Shown in pieces: positions 60,176 through 64,000 of a DNA stretch of 64,000 nucleotides (the stretch's first letter is position 1; each line of letters starts with the position of its first letter). Source of the DNA: an uncultured bacterium (GTDB taxonomy: Bacteria > Desulfobacterota > Binatia > HRBIN30 > CADEER01); NCBI GenBank assembly GCA_902826395.1, contig CADEER010000004.1, positions 3,574 to 67,573 on the forward strand. The letters run 5' to 3'. Below the pieces are notes generated by a model. The model searched no databases, was not told the origin of the DNA, and worked only from the letters and a program-made list of their open reading frames with translations. Made by a program: the position numbers and the translations under genes.

Positions 60176-61066
60176 ATGCGAATCGAAGTGGGCAATCACA
60201 GTTCCTATCCCGGCGACGACCCCCTGTCGGCGCAGGTGGAGTTGGGACTCGATTGGATCACCGTCCATCCGCGCGGGGCCGGCGACGAGCTGACGGGGAT
60301 CGCCGCTGCTCTCGCCGGCGCCTCCCTCGGCGATCCGCATACACCGCCTTATCGGCCGACTCCATGTCGTCGGCTGCGCATCCAGGCGCGGCTCCGCAAC
60401 CGCATCGACGGGAATCGGGCCCTGCTCGAGACGTGTGAGGGCGCCGCTCGAGTTGCGCCTGCTCCGCTCAAGCTCTCTTTGACCGGCCCCTACACGCTGT
60501 CGCGGCTGGCGATCATCGAAACCACCGCCTACCGTTCCGCCGACCACCTGGCCGAAGACCTGGCGAACCACCTCGCCGACCAGATCCGCGATGCGGTGCG
60601 GACCGGTGTGCGACTGGTCCAGGTCGAGGAACCGGAGCTATTGCGCGCCCCCTCGGACGTCCGTCTGGTACGCGACGTTCTCGAGCCGCTGCAGGATGCC
60701 GTCGAAGACCGCGCGGCACTGTCGATCGCAACCTACGGCGCGCCCGTGGCGGGTCTGTTCGCTCAGCTCAATTCCCTGCCCGGCTCGATCGTCGCATTCG
60801 ACTGCCTGAGTAGCCCGCAGACGATCGAGGATCTCGCCGCAACCGGATCGGGCAAGCCTATCGCGCTGGGCCTCGCCGCTCCGGGTGAGCTCCCCGATGC
60901 TGCCTCGATCGCTCGCCGCATCGAGAGAGCGACGCATCGCTACGCGCATGACGTGGTCTACCTGCAGCCGGCCTCCGGTCTCGACTCGGTCGACGTCAGC
61001 GACGCCCGCGCTGTCCTCGAGATACTCGCCAAAGCGCGAGCGCTGGTGTCGGGCGTCGACATCTGA
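60176..61066 (+). CDS. UroD/MetE-fold protein (cobalamin-independent methionine-synthase-like family), function unknown
   Basis: Starts at the internal ATG (MRIEVGNHSSYPG...). The LTGPYTLS motif resembles the Meth_synt_2/UroD-like barrel. Weak assignment. Confidence 0.35.
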   Translation: MRIEVGNHSSYPGDDPLSAQVELGLDWITVHPRGAGDELTGIAAALAGASLGDPHTPPYRPTPCRRLRIQARLRNRIDGNRALLETCEGAARVAPAPLKLSLTGPYTLSRLAIIETTAYRSADHLAEDLANHLADQIRDAVRTGVRLVQVEEPELLRAPSDVRLVRDVLEPLQDAVEDRAALSIATYGAPVAGLFAQLNSLPGSIVAFDCLSSPQTIEDLAATGSGKPIALGLAAPGELPDAASIARRIERATHRYAHDVVYLQPASGLDSVDVSDARAVLEILAKARALVSGVDI

Positions 61067-61108
61067 ATTGCTGCCGCATCAACTCTTCGCATAAGGCTGC
61101 TCCCGAAC

Positions 61109-61903
61109 ATGAATGCCACCGAACGCGCTTCGTCCGAGACAGATATCGCCGACCGCCTGCGGAGGCTCGAAGGACTCCCTCTCGCCGGGGTTGCCGTCCT
61201 CGTCGACGCCCATGTCGCCGATGCGCATACCGCTGCGCAATTGGTCGCCGCGCTGCGAAGCCTGGTGGGGACAGAAGGCACGATCGTCATGCCGGCATTC
61301 ACCCAGAATCAGACTCTGCTCGAATCGTCCGCCCGGCCGGTTGCTTTTCACGCCGATCTCGAGGTCGACGCCGCGCTCGGGCGCGCTTCCGACGCGTTCC
61401 GCCGCAACGCTGGGTGTCTGCGCAGCATTCATCCTACCAATTCGTTCGCTGCCTGTGGTGCGCGGTCGCAGATGCTGCTGTCTACGAACCTCGACAACAA
61501 CCCGCTCGGACCGGTCAAGAAGCTGAACCTGCTCAACGCTCTGTCGCTGCGAATCGACCGTTCCGCCGCATTCTACACACCGTACTTCCTCGCCGAGCTG
61601 CAGGCGCTACCGGGGTTGCGCTACCGCGGTACCGCAAAACGCATCAACATCGCCGGTTTCGAGGAGCGCGTCGTCATCGACCGCATCGCCACCTGTACGG
61701 CGGGATTCGCAGCAATCGACGCCGGGCTCGCGGATTCTTCGCGAGCACAGGCCGCTGACGGGATCAGCCTACAGCCGCTGCGCGTGCTCGTCCGCGCCGC
61801 GGCGAGCGCCATCGCATCAGCCCCCGAGCAACTCCTCTGCGGGCGCACCGATTGCGCCGATTGCACCACTCGGCGCGCTGCCATTGCACGAGGGGCTCAC
61901 TGA
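61109..61903 (+). CDS. aminoglycoside N3-acetyltransferase (AAC(3))-family protein
   Basis: GTIVMPAFT and IHPTNSFAACG resemble conserved AAC(3) blocks. It is 264 aa. Confidence 0.45.
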   Translation: MNATERASSETDIADRLRRLEGLPLAGVAVLVDAHVADAHTAAQLVAALRSLVGTEGTIVMPAFTQNQTLLESSARPVAFHADLEVDAALGRASDAFRRNAGCLRSIHPTNSFAACGARSQMLLSTNLDNNPLGPVKKLNLLNALSLRIDRSAAFYTPYFLAELQALPGLRYRGTAKRINIAGFEERVVIDRIATCTAGFAAIDAGLADSSRAQAADGISLQPLRVLVRAAASAIASAPEQLLCGRTDCADCTTRRAAIARGAH

Positions 61904-62197
61904 TCCTGACTGCGGAGCCGGCTTCGACGAATCGACGGCGCGGCCCAGAATCTCGGCGGCACCGCGCTCGGTCAGCATTAGCCGGCCGTCATCATCGACG
62001 CAGCGCGTGACCCAACCCTCACGAGCCAAGCTCGTGACGATCTCTTCGATCACCGGCTCGGGCGTCGTCAAGGCGCGCGCCAACTCGGGGAGCTGGAAGC
62101 CGCAGTTCTCGTCCCACAGGACCTTGCGGGCCAACATGAAGCGGCAGAGGCGGAAGGTCACCCGCGCCAGGGACTCATCATCGAGCGATCGGATCAT
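61817..62197 (-). CDS. hypothetical small winged-helix-like protein
   Basis: Internal Met of the 292-aa track ORF. The product MIRSLDDESLARVTFRLCRFMLARKVLWDENCGFQLPELARALTTPEPVIEEIVTSLAREGWV... looks like a wHTH. It has a low-complexity C-terminal tail and overlaps the end of the AAC(3)-like gene by 87 nt. Confidence 0.35.
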   Translation of the reverse strand: MIRSLDDESLARVTFRLCRFMLARKVLWDENCGFQLPELARALTTPEPVIEEIVTSLAREGWVTRCVDDDGRLMLTERGAAEILGRAVDSSKPAPQSGSVSPSCNGSAPSGAIGAIGAPAEELLGG

Positions 62198-62342
62198 GAG
62201 CCGATATCGAGCAACCGGCGTGCCACATCGCTGCGAAAGAGGCGTGGGAGCGCACCTGACCCTTGGCAAAGCACTGCGCACTGTGCGGCTGTCCATTATC
62301 GACAGCCGTGGCAGCAAAACCGACGCCTTCGCGTCGGCGTGC

Positions 62343-62759
62343 TCAGCGGCGGTCGAGAATCTGGCGCAACTGTACGAGCTCTGTCCGGATTTGGGCGAGC
62401 ACTTTTCTGTACCGCTCGGAGCCCAGCGGCAGTGCCATCTGGCCATCCTCCGCGGTCGCTTCCGGCTCCTCGACGAGCTCGGGGTCGTCATCACCCCGCG
62501 AACCGCGCAGACGCCGCTTGGCGCCTTCGATCGTGTACCGCTCGTCGTGCAGCAGACGGCGGATTTCCAGCAGCGTTTCGACGTCGCGACGGCGATAGAG
62601 ACGGTGCTGCGACCGGGTCTTGCCGGGCCGAATGATGGGGAACTCGGTCTCCCAGTAGCGAAGCACGTAGGGCTTGACTCCCACCAGCTTCGCAACTTCC
62701 CCGATCTTGAAGTACAGCTTGTCGGGAAGCTCGGGAACGCCAGGAGTCGAGCCGCTCAT
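62343..62759 (-). CDS. MerR-family transcriptional regulator
   Basis: HTH YFKIGEVAKLVGVKPYVLRYWETEF. It lies immediately downstream of ihfA, an arrangement conserved in several proteobacterial lineages. Confidence 0.75.
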   Translation of the reverse strand: MSGSTPGVPELPDKLYFKIGEVAKLVGVKPYVLRYWETEFPIIRPGKTRSQHRLYRRRDVETLLEIRRLLHDERYTIEGAKRRLRGSRGDDDPELVEEPEATAEDGQMALPLGSERYRKVLAQIRTELVQLRQILDRR

Positions 62760-62769
62760 CAGTCGCGTC

Positions 62770-63057
62770 TCACTCGCCGCCGTTCATACTCTTCTTGAGC
62801 AGCGGGCTCGCTTTGAATCCGAGTACTCGCCTGGCGCGGATGGTGATCGCGTCGCCCGTCTGTGGATTGCGGCCCTTGCGAGGCCGCTTGCTGTGAACGA
62901 CGAAGTTTCCGAACCCCGAGATCTTCACCTTTTGCCCCCGCTCGAGATGGCCCTTGATCATCTCGAAAACGGAGTCAACCACCTCTGCCGCCTCTTTCTT
63001 TGAAAACCCGACTTTCTCGTGGATCCTTTCGACGATGTCCGCCTTCGTTACGGCCAC
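62770..63057 (-). CDS. ihfA: integration host factor alpha / HU-family DNA-bending protein
   Basis: Starts MAVTKADIVERIHEKVGFSKKEAAEVVDSVFE and contains GFGNF and RNPQTGDAI arm residues. It is 95 aa. Confidence 0.8.
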   Translation of the reverse strand: MAVTKADIVERIHEKVGFSKKEAAEVVDSVFEMIKGHLERGQKVKISGFGNFVVHSKRPRKGRNPQTGDAITIRARRVLGFKASPLLKKSMNGGE

Positions 63058-63081
63058 GAGTTTCCCCCTCGCAGTATCCGG

Positions 63082-64000
63082 CTATTGCCTGTGCTCGACT
63101 TTAAACTTCTTTTCCAGTGCCGCAGCTAGCTGTTCTTGCAATGCATTGACTTCCTCGTCTGTCAACGTCCGGTCGCTGGCGCGGTACGCGACGGAGTATG
63201 CCAGGCTCTTCTTGCCAGGCGCAATAGGCGAGCCGACGTACTCGTCGAACAGACAAACGTCTTCCACCAGCTCCCGATTCCACTCGCGCACGAAGCGAAC
63301 GATGTCAGCGGAGCGAAAGTCCCCTCCCACCACGATCGCGAGATCGCGGACCACCGCCGGGAACCTCGGGAGTCCTCGAAACAACCGCGGGGTCACGGAT
63401 CGAGACGCAAGCCGATCGAGATCGATCTCGAACAGCCAATGTGGACCGTCGGCGTCGAGCGCCAATTCCGCATCGGGATGGAGAGCGCCGGCGACGCCCA
63501 ACAACTGGTCGTCGAGAAGAATCGATGCACTCTTGCCCGGGTGTAGTGTCGGCCACGGCGCCCCCAGCTGCCACGACACTGCTGCTTCCAGGTCGAGGTG
63601 GGCAAACAGGTTCTCGAGCATTCCTTTCACGTCGACGAACTCCGGTGGCCGCCGCGCCCCCAGACCGGCGAGCGGCATCTCGCCCGCCAGGACGCCGGCG
63701 AGGCGCCAGCCTTCGGCAGGCAGGCCGTCGTCCTGTCGCCAGTAAACCTTGCCAAACGAGAATCCGGCGATCGCGGTCGCGTTCTGGTTGCGATTGTGGC
63801 GCCACATCGCAACCACGCTCTGCAGCAGGCTGGTGCGCAGCTCCGCTTCGTCGCGGCTCAGCGGATTGAGGAGCTGCACCGCGGAGCCGCCGAGATTGAT
63901 GCCGGGGAGTTGTTGATTGGCCGCCGTCGTCGCGAACGCCAACCCCACCAGCTCGCAGAGGCCGGCGCTGCACAACAAGCCGCGCAGCTCCCGCTCGAGA
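63082..64000 (-). CDS. pheT: phenylalanine--tRNA ligase beta subunit, C-terminal part (gene continues beyond window end)
   Basis: C-terminal FDEYVGSPIAPGKKSLAYSVAYRASDRTLTDEEVNALQEQL is the PheT anticodon-binding/FDX domain. pheT-ihfA adjacency is conserved. Confidence 0.75.
   Translation of the reverse strand, partial: LERELRGLLCSAGLCELVGLAFATTAANQQLPGINLGGSAVQLLNPLSRDEAELRTSLLQSVVAMWRHNRNQNATAIAGFSFGKVYWRQDDGLPAEGWRLAGVLAGEMPLAGLGARRPPEFVDVKGMLENLFAHLDLEAAVSWQLGAPWPTLHPGKSASILLDDQLLGVAGALHPDAELALDADGPHWLFEIDLDRLASRSVTPRLFRGLPRFPAVVRDLAIVVGGDFRSADIVRFVREWNRELVEDVCLFDEYVGSPIAPGKKSLAYSVAYRASDRTLTDEEVNALQEQLAAALEKKFKVEHRQ

Overview
This is a high-GC (~68-70%) bacterial chromosomal window that is mostly housekeeping. 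A Myxococcus-type cysteine-rich repeat protein (CxDGNxxxGDxC motifs) suggests Myxococcota or a deltaproteobacterial relative. I found no transposase, integrase, CRISPR array or other canonical mobile or defence hallmark.

Genes I can support, left to right:
- pmbA-like (partial), tldD, asd
- an acyl-CoA dehydrogenase and a PLP-dependent aminotransferase
- lpd, a di-haem cytochrome c peroxidase, and a divergent Bacillus-type sdhCAB operon
- a secreted beta-helix protein, a Cys-rich secreted protein, a rhomboid protease and a tandem-EthD protein
- an HTH-TPR regulator next to a ku / ligD / dinB repair cluster, then an OmpA-family protein
- the dnaX-ybaB-recR operon with SRP RNA (ffs) and tRNA-Ser(GGA) upstream. 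The ORF track translates ffs as a spurious 'VPWVRIPPSPL' protein.
- a yheU-like gene and a dockerin-repeat protein between two tRNA-Ser genes
- tadA, a Nudix hydrolase and mobA
- a DUF35 Zn-ribbon protein paired with a thiolase-like protein
- a SprT-like HExxH metalloprotease translationally coupled to an unknown partner
- lgt, a CcmG/TlpA-like redoxin, and a giant tamB plus Omp85/BamA-like pair
- a membrane-lipid cluster (UPF0104, CDP-alcohol phosphatidyltransferase, holin-like DUF360), then pyrD-thiC
- a secreted SNase-like nuclease
- ccmABCD directly followed by hemD-hemE-hemY
- a DUF309 protein and an RNase E/G with a histone-H1-like lysine-rich tail
- a UroD/MetE-fold protein and an AAC(3)-like acetyltransferase
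- a small wHTH protein, a MerR regulator, ihfA and the 3' end of pheT

My best candidates for something uncharacterised are modest. The first is the SprT-like protein plus its unknown partner (33.5-34.5 kb). The second is the islet bounded by two tRNA-Ser genes, which holds a low-GC stretch with a perfect 13-bp hairpin (27.6-29.4 kb). The third is a heavily structured ~440-nt intergenic region upstream of pyrD. The fourth is the compact ccmABCD-hemDEY layout, including a ccmD that the ORF track missed.

Coordinates after about 44 kb may be off by 1 nt in places, because my line-reading and the ORF track disagree there. Starts involving GTG or TTG codons are uncertain.
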